DNA of 63,303 nucleotides, counting the filler, from Nemertoderma westbladi (taxonomy: Eukaryota; Animalia; Xenacoelomorpha), in assembly GCA_032718475.1 (NCBI GenBank). It is 3 parts of 3 records of this genome, joined end to end, with 100 filler letters (N's around TTAATTAATTAA, not from the genome) between each part and the next. Parts side by side here need not be neighbours in the genome. Positions count along the whole stretch, not along the records: positions 1 to 20,852 come from JAUCBJ010003897.1; positions 20,953 to 41,411 come from JAUCBJ010002024.1; 1 more part is not named here. One strand, 5' to 3'. Position numbers and translations under genes: made by a program. The stretch's first letter is position 1, and every line of letters starts with the position of its first letter. The notes below the pieces were generated by a model. That model was not told where the DNA came from. It worked only from the letters and a program-made list of their open reading frames with translations, and did not search any database. Positions 10,888 to 22,724 of the stretch are shown here, piece by piece.

Positions 10888-12801
10888 TTATTGGCAAATA
10901 AATTCAGCGACTAATTTGTTAAACTCTTTGGCATATCGGAGGTGCAGATTATGTTTCCCATCGGGGAACCTAACCACTCTACTGTCCGGTATACACCTCG
11001 CAATATCATCCACGTTACCGTGGGGTATCATCGCGTCTTTATCTCCGTGAATAACTAAAGTTTTACTCGATATAGCTGCGAGCTCATTCTCAGTGATAAT
11101 ATCAGAGCCATAACCATGGTAACCACAAAGAGCGTCCAACCACATCTTATTAAACCCTTCCTCTCCATACATATCCACCAAAGGTTTTCTCATTTTTTCA
11201 CTCCATTTGTTCGTATCCTTAATTTTCTCGAGAATCTCGAAATCCTCACGAGTGAACCGGATTATGGATCCCCAGACAACTAGTCTGTCTACCATCTCGG
11301 GGTACTTGGAGGCCAGTAGCATGGCGATCTGGCCCCCGTCGGACCAGCCCAGCACGTGGGCGGGTTCCCATCGCAATGCGGATATCACCCCGGCAACGTC
11401 GGCGGCGTCCCGTAAGAAGAAACCGGGAGAGAAGTCGCGCTCCGGGGGTCTCGTTCTACCGTAGCCACGGAGGTCCACGGAGGCGATGGTGAAGGTGGCT
11501 GGGTCGAAACCGCCGTCCAGTTGGGGGGCGAAATCCGATCTATTTGTGGTGGGGGGGTTGGTGGACTTAGTACTACTAGTGTAGGGGTGGACTTAGTACA
11601 GTGTAGGGGTGGACTTAGTGTAGGGGTGGACTTAGTACTAGTGTAGGGGTGGACTTATTACTAGTGTAGGGGTGCAGTATTAGTAGGGGTGCAGTATTAG
11701 TGTAGGGGTGGACTTAGTACTAGTGTAGGGGTGGACTTAGTACTAGTGTAGGGGTGTAGTATTAGTGTAGGGGTGGACTTAGTACTAGTGTAGGGGTATG
11801 TGGAATCACTGGAGTGAGGGGCGTTCCTGCAAAAAGCGTGCAAAAATCGCAACACGTGCGCGGTAAATGTGCGCCGAATTTAAATAAAAGTGCGCGGAAT
11901 TGTGAGACAAACATAAAAGTGCGTGGTAATCTGTGTAAATTCTGAACAAAAGCGCGTGGATGAGATAAAAACAGTTAAAACCAGTATAAAGTCCACATAA
12001 AGTGAGAAAAATCAAGATTTCAAAAATAAATTAAAATAATAAAAATAATTTTTTTTATTTCATCGTGTTAAAATGTATCTTATCGCTTCATTATTATTTA
12101 CATAATATACGATACTGGTGTACTGGTAACTTATACAGTTATAATACATACCGGTACTTCAAACTAAAGTAAACAAAGGTTAACCAAATTACTAGTAAAA
12201 GCAAATAGTAAAAATCGACAAGAATGTCTAATTTTTTATAAAATATCGAATCTGATATTTTATCATGAGTATTGATGAAGATATTTTCCATGTATTGATT
12301 GTAACTTCTGAACTTATGTTTAATTGTGTGATCAACCTATTCAACATTCAAAGTCTACAATGTTTATTTTTTGGTGTATGCGCGGTATTTTGTCCGATAT
12401 TGTGCGAATTGGAGGTACAGAATTTACAATATGACAGTAACTACGTCTGTAAGAAGTAACCCAAATAAACGTACAGTAGGCCTACTTTTCAAACACCATA
12501 CAGCCATACAGCAATTGTCATTATAGGCCCTAACCATAACAGCATAACGTCCAGTAAATAATGACAACATATTCCCATTCTGGAGAATGTGGTCTTACCT
12601 TGTATAACCTAACATGCCAGGAAGGCATATCACTTTCTTGGGTCCGTTTCCAAATATTTCGTAATGAAATTCCAAATCATTTACTTTAACGAACTTTGAC
12701 ACCGACTTAGTTGAACTAAATCGAGTTAATAGATGCATGGGATTATAGCCAAGCCCTCTCAAAAGTCTAGGAGATGAAAATAGGAACTTTCGCAGCACCA
12801 T
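10888..12801 (-). CDS. bphl: Valacyclovir hydrolase / biphenyl hydrolase-like alpha/beta hydrolase; complement(join(10888..11539,12599..12801))
   Basis: LPGMLG..RSDFAPQL, DLRGYGRTRPPERDF, GWSDGG nucleophile, HGDKD and GKHNLHLRYA. Donor AG|GTAAGA at 12598 and acceptor ATAG| at 11540 give an in-frame join. N-terminus resembles a mitochondrial presequence. Confidence 0.9.
11561..11796. repeat. ~23-bp minisatellite in the BPHL intron
   Basis: GTGGACTTAGTACTAGTGTAGGG, about 10 imperfect copies. Confidence 0.9.
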
Positions 12802-12902
12802 TATTTTCAGAATAGCATAATACAGTACCGGTAATAGGTAGGCCTACGACTTCTGGACTTTACACAGAAGACAAAACCCAAGTTTGCACTGAAGTGAACA
12901 GA

Positions 12903-13021
12903 ACACAGACAACAGCAACCGGCCGACCGTAATCCTCGCTCTGCAACTCTACCAGACACAGTACACAGACAACAGCAACCGGCCGACCGTAATCCTCGCT
13001 CTGCAACTCTACCAGACACAG
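12903..13021. repeat. 60-bp tandem duplication in the BPHL upstream region
   Basis: Two near-identical copies of ACACAGACAACAGCAACCGGCCGACCGTAATCCTCGCTCTGCAACTCTACCAGACACAG. Confidence 0.9.
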
Positions 13022-13543
13022 ACAGCCAGACTTACAGACTTAACAATGTTCTTATTTTCTTACTTTTTAGCCTATTTCAAATTTCCCGCTATCATGTTGA
13101 ATTTCTTATTATTGTTTAAACAAAATGATACTGGGCGTGTGGTACTGTACACTTTTCACACTGAAACATTTTGGTTGTGAAATGCTACTCCAATCAGAGA
13201 TTTTCATTTATATTTTATTATGGGAGGAAGAAGAACATAGAACGTTATTTAATGTATGTAACGAAATAATTGTTTTGGGGTTTAACTTGGAATCCTCCCC
13301 AAATATTTGATATATAATTATATTTAAAATTATCTCCATGGTCATGGCAGCAAGTCATTCACCCGTCTTGTCTTAAGTTAGAATTGAGTTCGCATGAAAG
13401 ACAGTTTAGTGTTCTAAATTACTGATTATTATTATCTCTTATCTGACTGGAGTAATAATATAGTATAGGATAAATGGAAGCAAAATGTGACAGTAACAAA
13501 TATTTCCCTGACAACTAGGGTGTCTTAAGTATATGATAACTCA

Positions 13544-13640
13544 AAGGGGGAAGTTTGGATTCACTGCATAAATGCAGTTCACCAAACTTCCCCCAAATGC
13601 ACACTGTGACATAAATGCAGTTCATCTAACTTCCCCCTTA
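13544..13640. repeat. Small inverted-repeat (MITE) remnant
   Basis: GGGGGAAGTTTGG..ACTGCAT / ATGCAGT..CCAAACTTCCCCC, with a second partial right arm. Confidence 0.5.
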
Positions 13641-14437
13641 CACCAAATATCCACTGTTAAATTAATTTGAAGCGATATAATAAGTTCAAAAATGTGCGAG
13701 TTTTTAATTGTGTGGTCCATTTGTTAGTTGATCTCTATTTATTGTTTAATGTGCATTTAATGTCACACCTGTTTTTTGACATATTAGATGTCTGTTGTAC
13801 CTTTTCGTGACTATCTTTCATGTTACACAGATGTTAAGAATACGTTAGAAACCACATTAAGCAATGTATTGGACTATTTGACCTTATTGAACTATTTGAC
13901 CTAATTAAAAATTTTACACTTTTTGTACTTTTTTTACTTATTTGTACAAGTGCACTTTAACGGATCCCAAAAGTGGTTCCTATTTAACACACTAATCTAT
14001 TTTCTTACTTTTATTACTTATTATTTATTTACTTATCTATGTTCTTTCCTATTTCACAAATTAGGATCTATAAAATATACAGACCATTCTGAATTTTTGC
14101 AAAAAAAAATATTTTATATTTTCACTAAACTCATTCCTAGAACCCCGGCCCAATGTTGAGACAAAGGTGGAGGGGATGTTCCTTGCGAGTATGCACGAGT
14201 TTCGTTTAATAATTTCAATAATCAACTTGCTGCCATATTAATTCACGTATATTGTATCTATTGTACAATATTAATAGTATCTATAAATAAAATAATCCAC
14301 GCAAAACACAAATTACAAAGTTAAGATATTTTCAGTTTCTCAGTATTATTGGTCAAAATCAAAAGTCAAAAATCAATGGTAGAATCTCAAAAATTATTAT
14401 TTTTTCTTTACTTTTTAGATTCCTTATCTCAAATTAT

Positions 14438-14650
14438 TGGTAGTAGACTGAAGCTACACTAGCATGTAGCTATAGTGGAAGTCTACCCCCACCATGCCCA
14501 GCAGATTAAATTATTATTTAATTAAGTTCAGTTTTATATATTCTATAATTGCTATATATTATTGTTGTGAATCCGTGTGTATATCAATATTATTATTATT
14601 ATTGCTTATCGAGGAAATAAATAAATAAATAAATAAAAATAAATGAATAA
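14438..14650 (+). mobile_element. Possible 3' tail of a LINE or SINE
   Basis: Stem-loop GTAGACT..GCTACA/TGTAGC..AGTCTAC, followed by (ATT)n and an (AAAT)n tail. Confidence 0.35.
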
Positions 14651-15274
14651 ATATCGTTGAGTTTCAGTTTCGGCCAATCAGAGCGTCCCATTCGTAGACC
14701 ACTTGCCCCTTCGTTATGAAAATTTGCGAGTGACCTTACATTTGGCCTATGTATATATGTTCAAAATATTAAGAAAATCGTTAGTCACTCACTCACCCAC
14801 CAACTCAGTCACTCACTGACCCATTGTCAACACGGTTTTATTTCTAGGATTCCTTTCAGAAAGTAACCAGGCAATTCCTAATTACAGTATTAATTACATG
14901 GGAAAAAAAAGTAGAACTTATTTATGTAATTTAAACTGTGTCAAGGCTTTTACGAGAGGCTAACCCCACATCCGCCGCTACGTGAGTCTGTCTGTAACTC
15001 TTATGAGTGCTATGAAGTGCTTATGAGTGCTTATGAAGGCTATCAAGTGCCTTGGGGTACCTGCCGCATAGCAGGAACACTCACGAAAGTTTATGTATAT
15101 ATATATTATCTAAACAGCAATTGAGATAAAATGATTCACAGATTCAGTTATTATATATAATATCGTTAGTATAATTTAAGTATAATATATCTGGTCTGAA
15201 TGTACAATCAATCACTGTAAGTATATAGCTTCGGCACTTAAAAACTGCTTTGAGGGAATAAAGTGACAGTTACG

Positions 15275-15998
15275 TGTAAACCGTTCCGTTATGTTGTGTT
15301 GTTGGCGGGCAAATGTGTGTGTGACTTATATATATTACAGGTAGGACACTATGTTGGATTTAGGGCGTGGTAAGCGCACAGTTCACTCGTGCTGCATACA
15401 TAGCATTAGTAGATTATAGTTACTAGTTGTGGAATAATATTGCAGTACTATGGACGCACACACTCGCACTAAATGAACCGAATCTATTACAGACAGGGCG
15501 CAGTCAGAACTAACCGTGTGGAAATCGAGTTGGTTTAATTTCTGGTCTTGTATATTCATCAACAAGGTAAAGCAATAATAGTAACTAATAATAAATGCAC
15601 GCAATAAGCAAGATACAATGCATGCAACAAGTTATTGATGCAATACAGCAAGCTACAATGCATGCAGCAAGGTGAAATATCACGAGTCCTGCTAGTTACA
15701 TGACTCGTAACGGGCTTAATATGTTGTTAGATTATGCCTGGAAACAATGGGACGAATATCGACTATATAAACACTGTGAGAATAGAACAGCCAATAGAGC
15801 GCAAGAATACCTGTGCCGGTAGTTACCAATGAGAGTTCAGCACTACCATATCTGCTGCTAGGCAACATATAAACAAGATTCATGGTGGTATACAATATGA
15901 GTTAGGCATAAATATCATACGCACAGAGATTGAATGATTCTTTGATAAAAATATAAGATTTCGATATGCAGTTAGTGTGTGCAGCAAAACCGCTCCCT
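15275..15998 (-). mobile_element. Putative PPT (15990-15998) and 3' LTR of element D of the unrecognised family
   Basis: On the minus strand AGGGAGCGG follows the last accessory ORF, the same GGGAGCGG as at 31371. Two ATTGG boxes (about 15791 and 15826) and TTTATATA (about 15768) follow. Candidate end ...TTTACA at 15275. Confidence 0.45.
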
Positions 15999-16504
15999 AA
16001 AATTACGTACAAGTTCAACAGGACAGAGGACATATATAGGGATATACATAAAGGGATATACAATCTTTTAACGGTTAAGGGCAACGTCGATATTGGATAC
16101 TTACTACGTACGATTAAATGCGATAAACTATCTATCTAAATAATTAAATTAAATTAATTAAGGGTAGATCAACTTCCTCATATAAAATAATAAAGTTCGT
16201 TGAGTCTCTTCCGGTAGGACTAAATAAGCATTAAACGACCTTTCAAATAACATTAGAGTTTGATATATTTACAAATATGGTAGGTTGGTAAACTAATCGA
16301 CGTAAGTAGGTAAATATTGAGTCATATTATCCTTCGAATATAAAATACATAAATTTGACTAATATATCGAATTTCACTCTTATAATAAGAAATACATATT
16401 GTTTATTATTTACAAATATGATAGTTTTATAACGTACTTAATGGTTGATGAACGAGTACAGTGATTTTATACAGATTGACAGGCTAACTAATAGTAATCT
16501 TATA

Positions 16505-19500
16505 TTATCGCTTTCGCTTCGGATGTTTGGGGGTATTTCGCATAAAGAGTCGTTTACTCTTCTTCGCAGGCGTTTGGGGCGCAGGTAACGTCAGGTCGTC
16601 GCTTGAAAGTGTCTCATTGGGACCCAGGTGTATACCTACCGCATCTGGTGTCGGTGAAATCGGTTGGTCGGTGTATGTCCCGGTGGAGGTGCCGGGCAAG
16701 GACAGGAACTCAACCGGTCTCGTTGCGCCCGAGTCGACAGCCGGTCAACGGATCTCTAGTCCTGAAGTAGCAGCTAAGCGCTTCCGCACAGCAGCCTGCA
16801 CTGGTCCAGAGGGGACGGTTTGGGTAGCGACACCAAATGGGGGCTGCTTGCTGAGGAAAATTCTCGGAGGCACAGCGTGGAGAACTGGTTGTTCACGTTG
16901 AGCGTGTTTGCTGAAAACTCGATACTGTGGGAGCAGCTCGGGATGTCCTTCCAGGAAGTGTGAACCATAGAATGTAGAGTCACTAATAAACTTTATTATA
17001 TCGTAGGACGTTGCGCGCTCTGGGTGTATCTCGCGAAGGAAGCGTCGTACGAAGCTGGTGTTTGTGCAGGAAGCTACACGGTTGAGGAGCTCGTAACTCG
17101 GTAGCCAAGCACGCTGAACATCTGTTGCGCAGGTGAAGGGGGCAACCATGTATACTCTGAGGTGAGCTTTAGGTGCGGCGTATTGGGACGTGGTGATCGC
17201 GTTGAGATCTGCGCATCCTTCCCACGATCGAATGTATCGTGTGACACTTGTTTCATCTTCTATCTCGATGTTGGGACCAAAATGGCAGTTTGGACTACTA
17301 ACTGTGTCCCTTGAGTTGGCAACGCTCGCACTGGGTAGCAAAGGCTAGACAGGAAAAGAAGATGTGATCATCGTTAACACGGCAGTAGGGACAATAGAGT
17401 TTGATGTGACTATCGGTGAGGCGCTCACAAAGAACTCCAGGTTGGGTGGGAGCCTTGTGTGTGCGAAGACCGCAATGCGCACAACGGACATGTTTGCGAA
17501 ATAACGCATAACGGAAACCTCGAACCGTGAGCCACTCGGTCCCGCTATACCAGTCGATTAAAGCGGACTCATTGTCAGGGGCAGGCACGACAGTGGTAGC
17601 TTCTGAGGTCGCTTCTAGATGGATTGGTTCCTCCGCTTGGTCGGGGGCATCCATAATATCAGTCTGTATTTGTCCAACCGAGAAGCCAGGTTTGATAATG
17701 GGTCTCTCAATCACCGATTGATGTAGATTTGAAATACATACGTCTCGGAATATGGCAAAGCCGCCGCTGGCTAGCTCATCCGCTGCGGAGCGACGTAACT
17801 CTTGCTGAGACAGTAACTTCACGCGAAACTGACTGTCAATGTTGGCTAAGAGGGTCAGGAAATGCCGAAAGCATTCAAAGTTCAGGAATTTACCGAGTTC
17901 ATTGAGTTTGGCAAGTTGTGTTCCCAACAACAACGGGTGCACTCTCAACATACGGCTACAGACATCCGCAAGCCATCCTGATAGGGCTTGGTTTTCGAAT
18001 ATGAGGTATATTGCTAACGAAGGGCGCAAGGGGATGCTCATGAAGCTATATACAGCACTGATATATGGCTGAACCGAGTTTATAAATAGATTCGTCTAAG
18101 AGAATGTCCAATACGGGTTGTGGCAATAAAGCTGAGTCTATTCCCATGGCCGGGTGTCGATTCGTGTCGTTGATGTAAGCCTTTGATTTAACAAACTGTT
18201 GGTGTCTAGCATGGCATTGATAGGCGGTCAAGGCTAGGAAAACGCTGTTGGTATCACGACAAGTACACTTAAAAACATGTGTGGCTCCAGTGAGGCTGCG
18301 GATATGAATCAACTGAGTTGAACCGAGCTCATGATCTGGCACTGAGCCTTCATTGTCATAAATCATAACGCCTTAGCTGTGAATAGCATTGACTGTATGC
18401 AACCATTCAGCGTTAGCCACTTCGGTGGTCAGTTCTACAGGTTTCCATAGAGTATCTAACGAACCGGGTTCTCCACACGCTATTCTTATGGATTCTTAGC
18501 TAGGCATCTCATTAGTATTTACATTTGGTTCGATATATTTCAAATCATCCTCTAGGAAGGTTACATCTAAGTTCCAGTGTACGAGGCAATGGTAATCCAT
18601 AAATGTCACCAAGTTAAAGGATGGGCGTGGGCTGGCTTCTATTGTTACTATGTTATAAGGTTTCTTAAATGAGTTTAATTTCACCAAATAATCCAAATGT
18701 TGATGCAAAGCCTACAGTTCTACGAGGTCCAAGGGGTTCACCCATGGTGAGAATCGCATATCCCATCCAGGGTGTTCTGGTTGTATGACGTAGTATCGTT
18801 TAAGCATCACAAACCAAGGATGGTCTTTAATTCCGTAGAAGGGAAGGATGATGAGCTACATTTATTTCGTGGACCTTTTCCCGAATTACGTCAGCTCGAG
18901 TGCGAGAAGGGGGAACTAATTCACCATCTACACATAACGGTTCCAAACGTAATGGCGTCTTTAACATCGGAACATCGGCAATAGCACAAGTGGTTTCAGT
19001 GCCCTGTCGAAGATGCACGGTTGCTTGGTGCCAAAGACCTTGTGCTGCATGGAAGGGTGAACGTAACGTTTAGGTTGAAAACCTTCCATCAATGATTGGA
19101 CATAAGGTTGGCGGTAGATGGTGAGGTCGGCATTCTCCAGCGCTATCACTTCTTCCTCACATCGTTCTTTCTCTCTAGCCTCAGCTTGGAGATTGGAGAA
19201 GAAATCTGAGAAGGATTGTATGTCTCCTTCGGCGATACGAGCTCTCAATGTATTAATTTCTGGTCTGGTTGGAATGCAGTGTTGTACATGGCCTCCAACA
19301 AAGCGAGTTCTGTTAACAAGGTACCGGATGGAGTCGTGGATAGGCGCGCATGGATACCGGCTAAACTAGACGACATTATCAACTGAGTGGTTTCATCGTG
19401 GGGGGTATGACTACACCTGGTGTCAACCGTTCACCTGGCATCACGGATCGGGATGTCCCAACTTCTCTTCCGAGTCCGGATGGAACTAAGAAGGTTATCA

Positions 19501-20413
19501 CCGGTTCCTCTTCAGGGATCAGCTGTTCCGGTAGGATCATGTCTCAGTATTCTGAGTAATCCTCATCTAAAGGGCCGAAATCCTGGGGAAGAACTGGAGA
19601 TGGTTGAACTTTAGGAGCCGGGGGTTGCACTGAAAATTGAAGGACGTCAATGGGTAAACGCTCCATTTTACGTAATTTCTTTAAGGCTCGTTCATCCACA
19701 ATGAATAAATCGCGCTCGTATCCTCCATACGTGAAACGTGTATAACTGTGTTTAGCGCAACGTTCACGGGGGTGATTGACCAGTCGGCCCTTTCATGCAT
19801 GGTCATCATGGTTTACTTGTTGGTTAGGGTGTGGACAGTCGTCACAGTAATACAATAATTTAAAGTTCTGGAGACTTACGTGTGGAGTTTGGGAACCAGT
19901 TTTGCAATACTCCGCCATAGCGTCGAAATGATCCGGCAAAACGGGTAAAGGTCTAGCTGAGGTTAGGTACATCATCGTATGGTACAAACGCTTGAGTTGC
20001 GCTATTGGATAGGGATGGATGCCTTTGGGGTAATGAGTTTGCTGCCACATTCAAATACATTTCTCTGAGGAAGGTAATTAAATCCTCAAATCTAGCCGCG
20101 TTGTCACTAGCTTCCGCATCGTTCGCTAACATGGCGTCCCAAATCACATCTACCTTATCCATCTGGGCGGTATTCTCTCGTTGTCTTCGTACATGATAGC
20201 GCCACATTTCCATATCTTGTCGCTCATGAACGTTTTCGGAGTATATGAGGTCACTTGGATGTCCGGATATAACGAATGGTTTGTATGATCCATCAATATT
20301 GGTGTATCTGTTCATGAAGGCACGATAGTGAAGTCGTTCTGAAGATATTCCTCTGAAAGTTGTTGTCACTGCGTTTTGATATTGTCCATTGAATCGTCTT
20401 TAAAAGTATCCAT
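16505..20413 (-). pseudogene. ~3.9-kb degenerate accessory ORF region of element D (unknown proteins, Cys/His clusters, basic C-terminus)
   Basis: Contiguous minus-strand coding-like frames broken by stops and frameshifts. CxxC clusters (CDDCPH; CAHC..CPYC..CERC); ends PKHPKRKR*. Segment 18690-19280 is homologous to 30320-30950. Confidence 0.65.
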
Positions 20414-20500
20414 TATTGTTATTGTAAATAAGCAAATATATTAATAATCCAGCAGAAGTGAACCAATGACTCGATAATTATTATAGTTATTTGAGTTCAT

Positions 20501-20697
20501 ATAGGGTCGACAGTGGCAAGCCGCCCTTTATCCCCAGCCCGACACGGAACCGAGCTGCCCCTGGCCATGTTAGCGCCGCTACGCCTATTCCCTAGCCAAC
20601 ATGTGTGGAAGAACGGGTGGAAGACGAAGCGGCTAATGCGCAGGAAAAGCTCGAGGCCGGTCTCTCCGAGGGCTATTCGTCAGGGTATATCGACTAT
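20501..20697 (-). ncRNA. ~200-nt rod-like RNA structure upstream of the accessory ORFs
   Basis: Nested helices GTCGA/TCGAC, GCCCT/AGGGC, CGAGCT/AGCTCG, CCTG/CAGG, TTAGC/GCTAA, CGCT/AGCG and TTCC/GGAA. Mismatches become G-U pairs on the minus strand. Confidence 0.6.
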
Positions 20698-20852
20698 TGT
20701 AGTGCGACTGAAATTAGTCTGCAGTAGAGTTTCACAGTAAACACACAGAGGATAGCTGTTATTTGTACTATCACGCAAACTAGCACACCCAATGTCACAA
20801 CTCGCACAAATGTCTGTTACAAACTTACTATTTCCCGAATGTTGATATTTTA

Positions 20853-20952
20853 NNNNNNNNNNNNNNNNNNNNNNNNNNNNNNNNNNNNNNNNNNNNTTAA
20901 TTAATTAANNNNNNNNNNNNNNNNNNNNNNNNNNNNNNNNNNNNNNNNNNNN
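20853..20952. other. Artificial contig linker
   Basis: N-run with a central TTAATTAATTAA all-frame stop spacer. Confidence 0.98.
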
Positions 20953-22724
20953 TCTATCACCGAAGGGGTGATTTCAAGAACAGACCTACTTATTTCAGGC
21001 TCATCTACTATAGTAGGGAGTCTTTCTATTTTAATTATTTGGTCTGTGGGCTCTGTACTACCTAAGTTGGTGTTATTTAGTTGCCTTCTAACAGCTGGAG
21101 GCAAATCAGGCAATTTCTGACGGTGGAATGTTCTTTTATGTCTGCTTAGGCGAGATCGATTTCTTCCGCCTTCAGTGTCGGTGGTATCGCCTTCCTCAGA
21201 TGATGTATACCCCTGTCTCTTGGGAGTAGATCGACTCATCATCTGCATATTGCTCGCTGTTAACTGTTTATTGAAGTTGTCTTGCTTCTCTTGAAGAATT
21301 TCCAACTCTAGTTGGGTTGCCTCTTCAGATGCCCTCCGTTCGGCTTCTACCACTGCCTCTGCTGTTGCCAATGCCGCTTTTCTTTCCGCTTCGGCCTCTG
21401 CCACTGCCGATGCCGCTTTCCTCTCCGCTTCGGCCTCTGCCACTGCCACTGCCACTGCCGCTTTTCTTTCCGCTTCTGCCGCTGCTACTGCTGCTGCCGC
21501 TTTTCTTTCCGCTTCTGCCTCTGCCACTGCTGCTGCCACTGCCGCTGTCTTTCTATCTTCTATACGTTTTTTCTTTACTTGTTCTTCTCGTTCTCTAGCG
21601 ATGCGGAGTTGTTCATCGAATTTAGCTTGGTTCGCCGCTAACCTATCCACATCAATTGCATCCAACACACGCTGGGCTCCTTCACTATTAGGGCTAAGCC
21701 CATCTAGTCTTCTCCGCAACTCTTCATCACCTACGAAACGCTGATAGTCTGACAGATAGATGTCAATGGCATCCCTCTTATGCGGTTTTTCTGCCGTCGC
21801 TTCACTTTCCACTTGGGAAAAAGTAGCGTCTGTTGATTCTCCATGGGTTGAGCGCTCCTCCAACTGAGCTTTCCACTGAGCTGCTCCTTGAACCTGGTGA
21901 CTCACCCGTTGAAACCAAGTCTTCACGGCAACTTGCAACGACGTGTCTTGTCTTCTTTTAGAAGCCTCCTCAAAGGCGGATAAGATTAGCCTAATCCGCA
22001 GAACTCTTTCTCTAACTTGATAAAGCAGCGATCCCTGCTCTTGAGGTCCTTGAGGTTGTTGAAACAGTTGTCTCTCTACTCGCTCCATAGAGCTGAAGAA
22101 TCCCTGTGCGTATCCGGCTGCGGACCTCTTCCATACAGCTGGATCGATGGTTTCCTTGGCTACTCCCATCCGGTGTATGTCTTCCCAGGCAGCTTCTGAT
22201 AAATCAAACGGGAGTCCGGGTCCGGGGAAGTTCCATTGCGACTCGACAATAGACTTCAGTTCTTCACTAGTGTATCCCGCGTAGTTATCTCTAGTTGACC
22301 GTTGACTTCTCGCCCAATCAATCTGGTGTTCTTCCACCGCGATCAATAACCCAGCGAGCACGGCTGCAGGAAGGATGAGAAGGGGATCCGTATAAACCGC
22401 ATCCGTCATCTCTGCTCCGCTCTCGGGTGTCAGCTCTACAGTATCCTCACTACTGGAGCTGCTGGGCCGCTGAGGAATAAGTTCTTGACTAGCGGGTTGT
22501 TGCTGTTCCGCTGCCTTTTGGTCCCGCTTGACCTGAGCTCGAGTGCCTATGATAGACCTACGATGTTGGACCAGCCTAGGTTCTGTTATTACTACTGGAG
22601 GGATGACCTTCCTCACAGTGGGAGGTGAACTAGATTTACGACCAGACGGTTGTACGTCTCTATCTGAGTCGCAGATAGTTACATCTAATAAACTGTCTGA
22701 CAGGTTCTGCTTAGTATCAGACAT
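20953..22724 (-). CDS. ORF1 (Gag-position protein) of element A, open into the gap; coiled-coil with AAVAEAEAERK repeats
   Basis: Intact ~590-codon ORF starting about 580 nt downstream of LTR A in the same sense; no domain recognised. Confidence 0.6.

Noticed and set aside
21312-21641. Cys-rich and Leu/Pro-rich plus-strand ORFs
   Set aside because: Antisense shadows of the Ala/Glu repeats in ORF1.
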